Positions 54,441 to 64,000 of a stretch of 64,000 nucleotides of DNA are shown in pieces. Every line of letters begins with the position of its first letter. Within the stretch, counting starts at the first letter, position 1. Made by a program: the position numbers and the translations under genes. Origin of the DNA: Phormidesmis sp. Lineage in GTDB: Bacteria > Cyanobacteriota > Cyanobacteriia > Leptolyngbyales > Leptolyngbyaceae. The stretch covers positions 1,344,001 to 1,408,000 of the forward strand of contig CBDFJR010000002.1 of the NCBI GenBank assembly GCA_965248535.1. Reading direction: 5' to 3'. The notes beneath the pieces were generated by a model that worked only from the letters and a program-made list of their open reading frames with translations, did no database searches and was not told the origin of the DNA.

Positions 54441-54968
54441 TTAGCGCTTACCTGAAGGGGGTGACTGAAATTGGGGACTGGGGCTAAATGGAGCAGGACT
54501 CACCGCCCCCGGACTGGAGACAGCAGGAGTGTCGGTAATTAAATAAATAGCCTCTACCTGCTTACTCGCTTGGGGCAACGCCACAAACCGCCCTTCGTCA
54601 ACCAGGTAAGTGATATTTTCTCCTCGCAAACTGTTGCCCTGCTGCAAGACATAAACGTCACCCGTCAACACAATTCGGCGCTCTTTGCTGAAGTAGATGG
54701 CTTGAGCTGAGGTCGCTTGAATCTGCCGAGACGGATAATTGATCTGCACATTGCCCCGTGCCACGACCACCCCAGTTTTAGCATTGGCTTCGGTGCTGTT
54801 GGCTCGCAGGGTTAGAGGCTGGGCAGGGGCCACTTGAGGAGATGCCTCAACCTGATTAGGCACCGCATCGGCAGAGAGGTTTGAGGCTGTCAGGCTAAGA
54901 GTCAGGCTGACCGGAACCAGCAGGGCAAGCCCCAGACGATCGAGGGAAAATTGGTTTAAAAATATCAT
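54441..54968 (-). CDS. lptA: LptA/OstA family protein
   Basis: ARGNVQI.YP, AQA.YFS.ERRIVL.G.VYVLQ; upstream of lptB. Confidence 0.85.
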   Translation of the reverse strand: MIFLNQFSLDRLGLALLVPVSLTLSLTASNLSADAVPNQVEASPQVAPAQPLTLRANSTEANAKTGVVVARGNVQINYPSRQIQATSAQAIYFSKERRIVLTGDVYVLQQGNSLRGENITYLVDEGRFVALPQASKQVEAIYLITDTPAVSSPGAVSPAPFSPSPQFQSPPSGKR

Positions 54969-55190
54969 GGGGTCAATGGCAGACAGAGAAATGAGAGAGC
55001 AATCCCGTAGAGCACCGCTGATGACCTCGAATATATCATCATGTGAGTTTAACAAATCTCGCTTGAGAGTCGAAAACTAGACTGCTTAGTCTCAGAGACG
55101 AAGCGCGTTCCCAGAAGTTTCGAGCCGATCGAGCCTGCTCTACTCTAAGACTATAGGCAACCGTCTTAAAGCCGATCAGGTCTGATTTGA

Positions 55191-55634
55191 TTATTCCACT
55201 GATGCCGTCAGCTTCTGGACAATCGGAATCTCTAGAATAATCTTGCCTTCTTGATCAGTCACGCCAGAAATCGCGGTGTCTAACGACTGAGACAAGATAA
55301 CATTGCCCACCTGTTCGGCTCCCATTTGCTGTAGACGGGTCAGCAGATTGGTGCCGTCACGGATGAAGCGATCGAGATCGACCCCTCCATAGTCTGACGG
55401 ATAGTTTCGCAAGCGGTGCAGCCCCTCGCCCAGCAGAATCACGGCTCCGCGCCAGTTGTGATTGCCCAGGTGGTAAATCGCAACCGCAACTTGCAAAATT
55501 CCCTGATAGAAGTTTTTCTCAAAGGTAGGCGCTTCAATCCAAATCGCTTCTAGGGTGTCGTGACAGGCATAAAACTCGCCTTGATTAAATTGCTCAACGG
55601 CTTGCCAAAAGGCTGCTGGTGGGTCATCTGTCAT
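55191..55634 (-). CDS. DUF309 family protein
   Basis: FN.GEFYACHDTLEA.W; YQGILQVAV. Confidence 0.88.
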   Translation of the reverse strand: MTDDPPAAFWQAVEQFNQGEFYACHDTLEAIWIEAPTFEKNFYQGILQVAVAIYHLGNHNWRGAVILLGEGLHRLRNYPSDYGGVDLDRFIRDGTNLLTRLQQMGAEQVGNVILSQSLDTAISGVTDQEGKIILEIPIVQKLTASVE

Positions 55635-55647
55635 CGCATAATTTCCA

Positions 55648-56784
55648 CTAAAGAGGATCTAGAAGCTGGGATTGCAGCGATCGCTCTGGGCGAATCATGA
55701 GGCCCGGCGAAGGGGGTGGCTTTTGTCCGGTTCGCCGAGACTGCCACAACACCCAACGACTGCCTAAAGGCAGCGCGTTGAGACTTTCGGGGGTTTGAGT
55801 CAGCCAAATCAAAGGCAGATTGGGGGGGCTAACCGGGGAAGTCTCTTCTCCAGCATAGGCTGCTGCCAGAGCCTCTAACACGGGTTGCTCTCCTTGCAGC
55901 ACTCCCGTTCTAGCTGTCCAAAATCGAATCTCTGGCATCTGACGCACCCCATAAAAATAAAGCGATGCGGCCGCGATGACAGCCTGCTCGAATAATTCTG
56001 GTTCCCAAGCAGCGGCGCTGTCTAGACAGACGACCAGTTCTTGACCACCCGTAAACGATTCGAGTTCTCGAACCCGCAGTTCTCCATAGCGGGCACTGGT
56101 GCGCCAGTGAATCAGTCGGGTTGGGTCACCCCAGCGATAGGGGCGCAGCGATCGGGTCACTCCCTCATGGGCAGCCGTAGTGCGTTGATCACTGGTGAAC
56201 TGCCTCTGCGATCGCCCAGTTTGATCAATTAAGGGACAACGAGCTAACGGCAGCACCGTCGGATACACGATCGCCCTAGCCTCAACCTGCTGATTTTGTC
56301 GTCGCCAAAATAATCCGAGGGGAGCCGCCGATCGTAGGTGCACCGTTTGCCATCGATAAACGCCGCGCTGGTGAGTCGGGTGCTGATAGACCCAATATTG
56401 AGTCGCATCTGCGCCCAAGCTTTCAATCACTTTAGTCGCTGGCTCACCCAATCCATAAGGCATCAGGTCAGACAGTTGCAGAAGCGTTTTGGGGTGAGGC
56501 GTTAAATTCTGAATCAGCAATTCTATCGTCAGCGGGTCGCCTGCGCTCACAGGGTAAATCGGGCGGCGACGGACTTCAATGCCTTTCAGGTTTTGGGTCG
56601 ATAGAGTGATGGCGATCGCTAACAGCGCCCAGATCACCCCGCTGATCACATAGAGCCACCCCGACAGCGTGTTAGTGGCAGCAACGAAAAAAAACAGAGC
56701 CAGACCGCCCAACACCCACCCGATATAAGCCGGGTTGACCCAGCGAGTCTCTAGCCAATGGGTCAGCCGAAATTTGATGCTCAT
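55648..56784 (-). CDS. DUF58 family membrane protein
   Basis: Two N-terminal TM helices; RG.Y, PLGLF, VYP and LRPYR.GDP.RLIHWRTSAR motifs. Confidence 0.88.
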   Translation of the reverse strand: MSIKFRLTHWLETRWVNPAYIGWVLGGLALFFFVAATNTLSGWLYVISGVIWALLAIAITLSTQNLKGIEVRRRPIYPVSAGDPLTIELLIQNLTPHPKTLLQLSDLMPYGLGEPATKVIESLGADATQYWVYQHPTHQRGVYRWQTVHLRSAAPLGLFWRRQNQQVEARAIVYPTVLPLARCPLIDQTGRSQRQFTSDQRTTAAHEGVTRSLRPYRWGDPTRLIHWRTSARYGELRVRELESFTGGQELVVCLDSAAAWEPELFEQAVIAAASLYFYGVRQMPEIRFWTARTGVLQGEQPVLEALAAAYAGEETSPVSPPNLPLIWLTQTPESLNALPLGSRWVLWQSRRTGQKPPPSPGLMIRPERSLQSQLLDPL

Positions 56785-57006
56785 CGCCGCCCGTGATTCC
56801 ATAAATGACTGACGCTTTCTCTTTGACTCAGCTTACTCTTTTAGAGAGTTTGACAAAAATCGCAAAAACCTGAGCAATACTATTTATGATCGATAGAATC
56901 TTAGATACATTCAAAAAAACTAGAAAAGTTTTGCACATCTAGCGTTTTGATGCGCTCAACCTGGATTGAGCAGGGAGCTTACCAACTGGACTCAGCCTGA
57001 TTAATT

Positions 57007-58260
57007 ATGACCAACTTCAACCCATCAGACGAGAAAGCTAAGAAAGAATCCCCAATGCGGGGCACCCCTGCCTCTCCACCCCCGCCGCCCCCTGCTCAAC
57101 TGGCAACTCCGCGCTCAAAACTCGCTGGCGCTCGGCTGACGATCGAGCAGATGGTTAGAGATGCCCATGCGCGCCAAGCGTCTGATATTCACATTCGCGT
57201 CGGTGAGCCGCCCCGGTTGAGAATTCGAGGTCAAATTGTCCGGTTGTCAGATCATGTTGCTGTGTCTGCTGAACTGTTTGAAACCTATCTGGCTGAAATG
57301 CTGAGTGAGCAGCAAAAAAAGCAGTTTGTTGAGAAAAAAGAGCTAGACACCGCCATCTACTATCCAGGCTTTTTGCGCTGTCGGGTTAACTGTTTTGAGA
57401 CATTGACGGGTGGAGCGATCGTGCTGCGTTTGATTCCCCTTGATGTGCCGTCAATTGATGGGTTGGGGCTGCCACAAGTGCTTAAGCATTTGGTCACCTA
57501 TCCGCAGGGTCTGATTTTGGTGACTGGGCCCACTGGGTCGGGCAAGTCTACCTCGATCGCGGCGATGATTCGAGAATTAAATGAGTCAGACAGCCGCCAC
57601 ATTGTGACGATCGAAGACCCGATTGAATATGTCCACGCGTCGGGCAAATGTTTGATCAGTCAGCGAGAAGTCGGGCTGCACACCCACGAATTTCACGAAG
57701 CGCTGCGGGCCGTTTTGCGAGAAGACCCTGATGTGATTTTGATCGGGGAAATGCGCGATCGCGTCACGGTCGATACGGCCCTCAAAGCAGCGCAGACCGG
57801 GCACCTGGTTTTAGGAACGCTGCACACCAAGAGCGCGATCGGCACGGTTAACCGACTGCTCAATATCTACAACCCCGATGAGCAGCAGGCAATGCGGACT
57901 CAGATTTTAGAGTCTCTAATCTCGGTGGTTTCTCAGCAGTTGTTGCCGACCACAGACGGCAGACGCACTGCCGTCCACGAAGTTTTGCTGAACACTGCTG
58001 CGATGCAAGATTATTTACTCAAAGGTCAAGAAACGGATGCTTTCCAGTTGATGGAGACGGACACCAATGAGGGAATGCAGGTGATGAACCAAGCCCTTTG
58101 TGAACTGATTTTGTTGGGGAGGATTAGTCCTGATGATGCGGTGAAAGCGTCTCCTGATGCGGGAGACCTGCGTCGCCGAGTTCGCAATGAGGGCTACGAT
58201 CCGGCTCGGTCTTCTAATCGGGAGTTTGACCCGACAGCGCGGGAATATAACCCGGTTTAG
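57007..58260 (+). CDS. pilT: type IV pilus retraction ATPase PilT (PilT2-like, Pro-rich N-terminus)
   Basis: ASDIH, GPTGSGKST, TIEDPIE, LREDPDVILIGEMRD and TGHLV.GTLHT motifs. Confidence 0.93.
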   Translation: MTNFNPSDEKAKKESPMRGTPASPPPPPPAQLATPRSKLAGARLTIEQMVRDAHARQASDIHIRVGEPPRLRIRGQIVRLSDHVAVSAELFETYLAEMLSEQQKKQFVEKKELDTAIYYPGFLRCRVNCFETLTGGAIVLRLIPLDVPSIDGLGLPQVLKHLVTYPQGLILVTGPTGSGKSTSIAAMIRELNESDSRHIVTIEDPIEYVHASGKCLISQREVGLHTHEFHEALRAVLREDPDVILIGEMRDRVTVDTALKAAQTGHLVLGTLHTKSAIGTVNRLLNIYNPDEQQAMRTQILESLISVVSQQLLPTTDGRRTAVHEVLLNTAAMQDYLLKGQETDAFQLMETDTNEGMQVMNQALCELILLGRISPDDAVKASPDAGDLRRRVRNEGYDPARSSNREFDPTAREYNPV

Positions 58261-58274
58261 ATGTGTGGGTCGCG

Positions 58275-58305
58275 AAAAAAGGGGCTACTTGCGTGGCCCC
58301 TTTTT
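58275..58305. terminator. bidirectional terminator between pilT and typA
   Basis: AAAAAAGGGGCTAC-TTGC-GTGGCCCCTTTTT. Confidence 0.8.
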
Positions 58306-58362
58306 GATGGGAATTTGTGCAATTCCCGGTTTGGTGATTTTGGAGGTGGTTGGTTGGTGGGG

Positions 58363-58388
58363 GAGGGCATGGCGTGCCATGCCCCTAC
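58363..58388. repeat. REP palindrome
   Basis: GAGGGCATGGCGTGCCATGCCCCTAC (GTAG head on the minus strand; compensatory change in the stem). Confidence 0.8.
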
Positions 58389-58462
58389 CGGGTTTCGCGT
58401 TTTTTGGTCGGGCATTGCCGGACTTTTTTGCGGCTCTATCGGTTTTCCTAATCAAATTCGCC

Positions 58463-60259
58463 CTATTTTTTGGCGAGCTTTTTCGCTTTGGCGACTTTGC
58501 GGAGGCGGATTGACTTGGGCGTGACTTCTAGCAACTCGTCTCCACCGATGTACTCTAGCGCTCGTTCGAGGCTCATGTCGATCGGTTCTTTTAGCTGCAC
58601 CAGTTCTTCACCGCCAGAAGCCCGGTGGTTGGTCAACTGTTTTGCTTTGCAGACGTTTAACTCTAGGTCTTGTTGACGGTTGTGCTCACCGAGCACCATT
58701 CCCCGATAGACTTTAACGCCGGGTCTGATAAAGAAGACTCCGCGATCTTCGGCGTTTTGCATTGAGTAGAAGGTGGCAACCCCTTCCTCAAAGGAGATCA
58801 GAACGCCGTTGCGTCGCGTCTCGATTTCGCCGCTAATCGGGCGGTAGTCTAAGAAACTGTGGTTCATGATGCCTGCGCCGCGAGTCATGCGCATAAACTC
58901 GCCCCGGAAGCCAATCAGACCTCGTGCCGGAATCACAAACTCTAGCTGGGTGCGCGATGCGGTGCCGACCTGCATATCCTGCATTTCGCCTTTGCGCTGA
59001 CCCAACCGCTCAATGCAGCCGCCAACCGATTCTTCAGGCACGTCTAGGACGAGAGTTTCAAACGGCTCACAGGGTTGACCGCTGACTTCACGATAGATGA
59101 CTTGAGGCTGAGACACTTGGAACTCGTAGCCTTCACGTCGCATGGTTTCGATCAAAATGCCGAGGTGCAGTTCACCACGACCTGAGACCGCCAGTTTGTC
59201 AGGAGAGTCGGTTTCTTCGATGCGGAGAGCAACGTTGGTTTCAAGCTCACGGAACAGGCGATCGCGCAACTGTCTTGAGGTGACAAAATCGCCTTCTTGA
59301 CCCGCAAACGGCGAATCGTTGACAGAGAAATTCATCCGCAAGGTGGGTTCGTCAACTTTGATCAGCGGCAACGCTTGAGGATTGTTAGGATCGGTAATCG
59401 TTTCGCCGATGTTAGCGTTGGCAAACCCGGCCACCGCAACGAGGTTTCCGGCCGTCGCTTCTTCAATGTCGATGCGCTTCAACCCTTCAAAGCCCATTAG
59501 CTTTGAGATTTTAGCTTTGACGATCGCGCCTGTATCGGTGACGATCGCTGCTTGCTGCCCGACGCGAATCGTGCCGTTGTGAATCTTGCCGATCACAATC
59601 CGACCCAGATAATCGGAGTAGTCTAAGGTCGTGACTTGCAGTTGCAGGGGCTTGGAGGCATCGCCAACGGGGGGGGGAACGTGGCGCAGAATCGCATTAA
59701 ACAGCGGCTGCATATCAGACGACTCTTCTTCAAGGGTTTCTTTAGCAAACCCTGCCATGCCCGAACCAAACAGATAAGGGAACTCGCACTGAGCATCGTC
59801 AGCACCCAGTTCTAAAAAGAGATCTAATACTTTATCGACAGCGACGTGAGGGTCAGCGCGGACTCGATCAATTTTGTTGATAAACACGATCGGGCGCAGC
59901 CCTTTTTCTAGGGCCTTTTTGAGCACAAAGCGGGTCTGAGGCATTGGGCCTTCGTTGGCATCGACGATCAGCAGACAGCCATCTACCATGCCCAACACGC
60001 GCTCAACTTCGCCGCCAAAGTCAGCGTGCCCCGGCGTATCGACAATATTGATCAGCGTCTCTTTGTAGTGAACTGCCGTATTTTTAGACAGAATGGTGAT
60101 GCCGCGCTCTCGCTCAAGATCGTTAGAGTCCATCACGCAGTCTGGAACCGTCTCCCCTTCTCGGAACGTCCCAGATTGTTTGAGCAGTGCATCCACGAGC
60201 GTTGTTTTGCCGTGGTCAACGTGGGCAATGATAGCAACGTTGCGAATCGGGAGAGTCAT
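58463..60259 (-). CDS. typA: translational GTPase TypA/BipA
   Basis: [26 protein letters not shown] and GRGELHL motifs. Confidence 0.97.
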   Translation of the reverse strand: MTLPIRNVAIIAHVDHGKTTLVDALLKQSGTFREGETVPDCVMDSNDLERERGITILSKNTAVHYKETLINIVDTPGHADFGGEVERVLGMVDGCLLIVDANEGPMPQTRFVLKKALEKGLRPIVFINKIDRVRADPHVAVDKVLDLFLELGADDAQCEFPYLFGSGMAGFAKETLEEESSDMQPLFNAILRHVPPPVGDASKPLQLQVTTLDYSDYLGRIVIGKIHNGTIRVGQQAAIVTDTGAIVKAKISKLMGFEGLKRIDIEEATAGNLVAVAGFANANIGETITDPNNPQALPLIKVDEPTLRMNFSVNDSPFAGQEGDFVTSRQLRDRLFRELETNVALRIEETDSPDKLAVSGRGELHLGILIETMRREGYEFQVSQPQVIYREVSGQPCEPFETLVLDVPEESVGGCIERLGQRKGEMQDMQVGTASRTQLEFVIPARGLIGFRGEFMRMTRGAGIMNHSFLDYRPISGEIETRRNGVLISFEEGVATFYSMQNAEDRGVFFIRPGVKVYRGMVLGEHNRQQDLELNVCKAKQLTNHRASGGEELVQLKEPIDMSLERALEYIGGDELLEVTPKSIRLRKVAKAKKLAKK

Positions 60260-60416
60260 AGAAAAGGTTCCAGTTGAAAAGGATTAAGAAGTTTGCGTTA
60301 GAGGGCTTCGATTGCCATCACGGTTTGGCATCATGCGTCGAAAATAGTAAAGAAGCCTTAATAATTCTATCTTAGCGGTTACCTAAATAGATGACCCGTC
60401 AAGGTGCAATATTAAG

Positions 60417-60872
60417 TCACGCGTTGGGCAAGGCGAGAATGCGCTGGGCAATTTCTAACGCGATCGGCATCACCGAAAGGCGATTGCCTGGTCTAACAAC
60501 GAGCAGGTCATCGGGTGAGAACTGCGATCGTAGCGTGTCTAAGGAAACTAAATGGGGCAGTTCTTCGACAAATTCAACACAGACGGTTTGCCAACGGGGT
60601 GACTCGTTTGTAGACTTCCTATCGAAATAGGGGCTAGCGGGGTCAAACTGCGTTGGGTCTGCCATGTCTGCTTCAACCACTTTCATCACGCCAGCGATGC
60701 CTGGAGGGGTAGCATTTGAATGGTAGAAAAAGGCTAGATCGCCCGGCTGCATTGAGCGCAGGAAGTTGCGCGCCTGATAATTTCGCACCCCGTCCCAAAT
60801 CGTTTGACGATCGCGCTTTAGGTCAGCGATCCCATAGACATCAGGTTCAGATTTCATCAACCAGTAATTCAT
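60417..60872 (-). CDS. EVE domain protein
   Basis: YWLMKSEP, WDGVRNYQARN, FFYHSN and RLSVMP motifs. Confidence 0.93.
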   Translation of the reverse strand: MNYWLMKSEPDVYGIADLKRDRQTIWDGVRNYQARNFLRSMQPGDLAFFYHSNATPPGIAGVMKVVEADMADPTQFDPASPYFDRKSTNESPRWQTVCVEFVEELPHLVSLDTLRSQFSPDDLLVVRPGNRLSVMPIALEIAQRILALPNA

Positions 60873-61002
60873 GGCAAAAACTCTCTGCTAAGGCGATTTA
60901 GAAGTCTAGCGGAAGCGCACCAAAAAACGGGCTTTGTCATAGGAAACCGCTTTTTTAAATCACAACCTGTTATAAAGGTTTCGGAGAGGAGTGAGCACAA
61001 GC

Positions 61003-61824
61003 ATGAACCTACGCAAAGACGCATTAGAGATTCTTAAAGAGACGAGTCGGACGTTTTATATTCCCATCAGTCGGTTGCCATCGGGCTTGCAGGCAGCCGT
61101 TTCGTCGGCTTATTTGTGTATGCGGGCGATCGACGAAATTGAAGATGACCCCGACTTAGAAAATGCCATCAAAGCCAAAATTCTCAGAGAAATCAGTCTG
61201 ATTTTGCAGTCTGGCACCGTTGGGTTTAAAGAGGGTGATTTTGACTCAGCCTTTGGAATCTACGCCGATCGACTCCCTGAAGTCTCGCTGAGAATCGGTG
61301 AATGGGCGACCTTGGCTCCGGCTGATATTGCGCCCCGCATTTGGGAATCGACCGCAGCGATGTCAGACCGAATGGCGCACTGGGCAGACTGCAATTGGCA
61401 CATTGAGACCGAGACGGATCTCGATCGCTATACCTTCAGTGTGGCGGGGTCGGTGGGTCTGCTGCTCTCAGACCTATGGAGTTGGCATGACGGCACCCAA
61501 ACCGATCGAATGGAAGCGATCGGGTTTGGTCGCGGCTTGCAGGCGGTCAACATTCTTCGCAATCACGGCGACGATCTGACGCGTGGCGTTGACTTCTATC
61601 CTCACGGGTGGACGAGTGACGATCTGCAAACCTATGCCCGTCGCAACATTCAGTTAGCCGATGCTTATACCGCTTCGCTGCCGTTAGGAAGTCCGGCTTC
61701 TGATTTTTGTCAGATCATTCTAACGCTGGGTCATGCCACGTTAGACGCGATGCTGCACGGCTCTGAGAAGCTCAGTCGCAGTCAAGTGATAGATCTCGTT
61801 CAGCAGGTGACGAGCGCGAGTTAA
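61003..61824 (+). CDS. squalene/phytoene synthase family (cyanobacterial squalene synthase-like)
   Basis: TSRTF, RAIDEIEDD, Y...VAG.VG and GRGLQAVNILRN motifs. Confidence 0.88.
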   Translation: MNLRKDALEILKETSRTFYIPISRLPSGLQAAVSSAYLCMRAIDEIEDDPDLENAIKAKILREISLILQSGTVGFKEGDFDSAFGIYADRLPEVSLRIGEWATLAPADIAPRIWESTAAMSDRMAHWADCNWHIETETDLDRYTFSVAGSVGLLLSDLWSWHDGTQTDRMEAIGFGRGLQAVNILRNHGDDLTRGVDFYPHGWTSDDLQTYARRNIQLADAYTASLPLGSPASDFCQIILTLGHATLDAMLHGSEKLSRSQVIDLVQQVTSAS

Positions 61825-61870
61825 AGAATCTGGGTGGGCAATCTGGTCGTAGACCCTAGCACCAGATTGC

Positions 61871-62569
61871 ATGGATTACAGCGCCGACATCCACCATCGT
61901 CGATCGATTCGGTTAAAGAGACACGACTATTCAGAGCCAGGTGCCTACTTCATCACCCTTTGCACCGACCAGCGATCGTATTTATTTGGCACGATCATCA
62001 ACGGCGAGATGCAGTTGAATGATTATGGCGCGATCGCCGCCGATTGTTGGCATCAAATTCCGCAGCATTTTCCCCATGTGGCGTTGAGTGCGTTCGTCGT
62101 GATGCCCAACCACATTCACGGCATCATCGTCGTCACCCGTAGGGGCACGGCAATGCCGTGCCCTCCTCCAGACGATCGCGCCCATTCCCCCAACCCCATT
62201 GGCGAGTCGATCGCCGGGTCGCCCAAATTTCAACCCGATCGTCAACCCAAATTTCAACCCGATCGTCAACCCAAATTTCAACCCGATCGTCAACCCGACA
62301 ACGGCGAAGAGGGCACGGCAATGCCGTGCCCGTACTACGAGCGAAAATTTGGTGAGTCGATCGCCGGATCGATCCCAACGATCGTGGGTTCCTATAAATC
62401 TGCGGTAACCAAAAAAATTAATCTTCTTCGTCACGCACCGGGCACCCCGGTTTGGCAACGCAACTACTACGATCGCATCATTCGTGACCAACACGCACTC
62501 ATTACCATTCAAAACTACATCGTCAATAACCCCCGATCGTGGATGACCGATCGCTTTCGTCGCTGCTGA
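61871..62569 (+). mobile_element. REP-associated tyrosine transposase (RAYT, Y1 HUH) with internal repeat insertion
   Basis: RRSIRL..HDY, GAYFITLC, HUH motif MPNHIH, WQRNYYDRIIR and catalytic YIVNNP. Confidence 0.88.
62139..62335. repeat. inverted REP pair (REPIN-like) enclosing 3 x 24-bp tandem repeats
   Basis: REPs at 62139-62164 and 62309-62335; unit CCCAAATTTCAACCCGATCGTCAA x3 at 62222-62293. Confidence 0.9.
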
Positions 62570-62677
62570 CTTCGGCAATACCCCTACAACGAGGTGTAAA
62601 CACCGCCCTTCCGGAAATCGCTCATCTCTCTACAATAGCGATATCAAGATAAAACTCTAAAGACACAGGGGGACGCG

Positions 62678-64000
62678 ATGCAGCCAACCAACCCCGATCA
62701 ATTTACCGCCAAAGCCTGGGAAGCGATCGTTCGCACCCCAGAAATTGCCAAGCAACATCAGCAGCAGCAGATCGAAAGCGAGCACCTGATGCGCGCCCTG
62801 CTAGAGCAAGATGGGCTAGCCACCAGCGTCTTTAAAAAGCTGGGGATCAATTTGCAGCGGTTGCGCGATCGCACCGACGAATTTATTAACCGTCAGCCCA
62901 AAATCTCTAGCAGTGGGGGATCGGTCTATCTCGGTCGCAGTTTAGACACGCTGTTTGATCGAGCCGAAGACTATCGCAAGCAGTTTGCTGATGAGTTCAT
63001 CTCGATCGAGCATCTGCTGCTGGGCTATGCCAAAGACGATCGGTTTGGCAAAGGACTATTTGCAGAATTTAAGCTTGACGAAACTAAGCTCAAAGATACG
63101 ATCAATCAGATACGAGGAAGTCAAAAGGTGACGGATCAAAACCCGGAAGGCAAGTATGAAGCGCTCGAAAAATATGGACGAGATCTCACGGAGTATGCTC
63201 GTCAAGGCAAACTCGATCCGGTGATCGGGCGAGATGATGAGATTCGGCGCACGATTCAAATTCTGTCGCGACGGACGAAGAATAACCCGGTGCTGATTGG
63301 CGAACCGGGCGTGGGCAAAACCGCGATCGCCGAAGGACTAGCCCAGCGAATTATCAAGCGAGACGTGCCGGAATCGTTGCTCGATCGCAAACTGATTGCC
63401 CTAGATATGGGTTCTCTGATTGCTGGCGCGAAATATCGGGGCGAATTTGAAGAGCGCTTGAAGGCCGTTCTCAAAGAGGTCACGGAATCTCAAGGCACGA
63501 TTATTTTATTCATCGACGAAATTCACACTGTAGTGGGTGCAGGGGCAACTCAGGGCGCAATGGATGCCGGAAACCTGCTCAAGCCAATGCTGGCAAGGGG
63601 TGAACTTCGATGTATCGGGGCAACGACGTTAGATGAATATCGGAAGTACATTGAAAAAGACGCAGCGCTAGAGCGAAGATTCCAGCAAGTCTATGTTGAT
63701 CAGCCCAGTGTCGAAGAGACGATCTCGATTCTTCGGGGTCTGCGAGAACGCTATGAACTTCACCACGCAGTCACAATCGCTGATAATGCTTTAGTGGCAG
63801 CCGCTGTGCTTTCGACTCGATATATTAGCGATCGCTTCCTCCCCGACAAAGCGATCGATCTCGTAGACGAAGCCGCTGCCAAGCTAAAAATGGAAAACAC
63901 GTCTAAGCCAGACGAGCTAGACGAAATCGATCGTAAAGTCTTGCAGATGGAGATGGAGCAGCTTTCTTTGAAAAAAGAGACTGACCCGACATCCCTCGAT
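62678..64000 (+). CDS. clpB: ATP-dependent chaperone ClpB (3'-truncated by window)
   Basis: Missing from the ORF track (no stop in window). Translates [17 protein letters not shown]...[47 protein letters not shown]. Confidence 0.95.
   Translation, partial: MQPTNPDQFTAKAWEAIVRTPEIAKQHQQQQIESEHLMRALLEQDGLATSVFKKLGINLQRLRDRTDEFINRQPKISSSGGSVYLGRSLDTLFDRAEDYRKQFADEFISIEHLLLGYAKDDRFGKGLFAEFKLDETKLKDTINQIRGSQKVTDQNPEGKYEALEKYGRDLTEYARQGKLDPVIGRDDEIRRTIQILSRRTKNNPVLIGEPGVGKTAIAEGLAQRIIKRDVPESLLDRKLIALDMGSLIAGAKYRGEFEERLKAVLKEVTESQGTIILFIDEIHTVVGAGATQGAMDAGNLLKPMLARGELRCIGATTLDEYRKYIEKDAALERRFQQVYVDQPSVEETISILRGLRERYELHHAVTIADNALVAAAVLSTRYISDRFLPDKAIDLVDEAAAKLKMENTSKPDELDEIDRKVLQMEMEQLSLKKETDPTSLD

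Noticed and set aside
62222..62293. 24-bp repeats as a CRISPR array
   Set aside because: They are head-to-tail with no spacers, lie in frame within the RAYT, and no cas genes are present.

Overview
Cyanobacterial chromosomal DNA: the HIP1 octamer GCGATCGC is very frequent, and psbD, apcE and an SLH-porin are present. Most of the window is housekeeping: rplS-trnW-secE-nusG-rplKAJL, map, guaA, a stand-alone psbD, tRNA-Asn, apcE, ispG, rbgA, pgk, lptA/B/FG, pilT, typA, a squalene synthase and the 5' part of clpB. The most interesting accessory item is a co-oriented cluster at 28.9-34.0 kb: a divergent alpha-oxoamine synthase (Spt/BioF family), a SAM methyltransferase, a bacterial ceramide-synthase-like (bCerS/YghO) acyltransferase and an SDR. 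Together these resemble a ceramide or amino-lipid pathway. Other notable items: (1) a 367-bp non-autonomous IS200/IS605 element with both end hairpins and a possible TnpB omega/reRNA scaffold; (2) a REP-associated tyrosine transposase with a REP pair and tandem repeats in frame inside its own gene, plus REP copies elsewhere in the window; (3) an uncalled 23-codon ORF with a strong RBS downstream of psbD; (4) three phased DnaA-box-like 9-mers after guaA; (5) a protealysin/emfourin pair; (6) an asparagine-synthetase-like gene lacking the catalytic Cys, coupled to a membrane protein; (7) a HEAT-TM-NACHT protein; (8) a lone HNH nuclease. All assignments come from motif recognition by eye; no searches were run. 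No CRISPR array, rRNA or prophage was seen.
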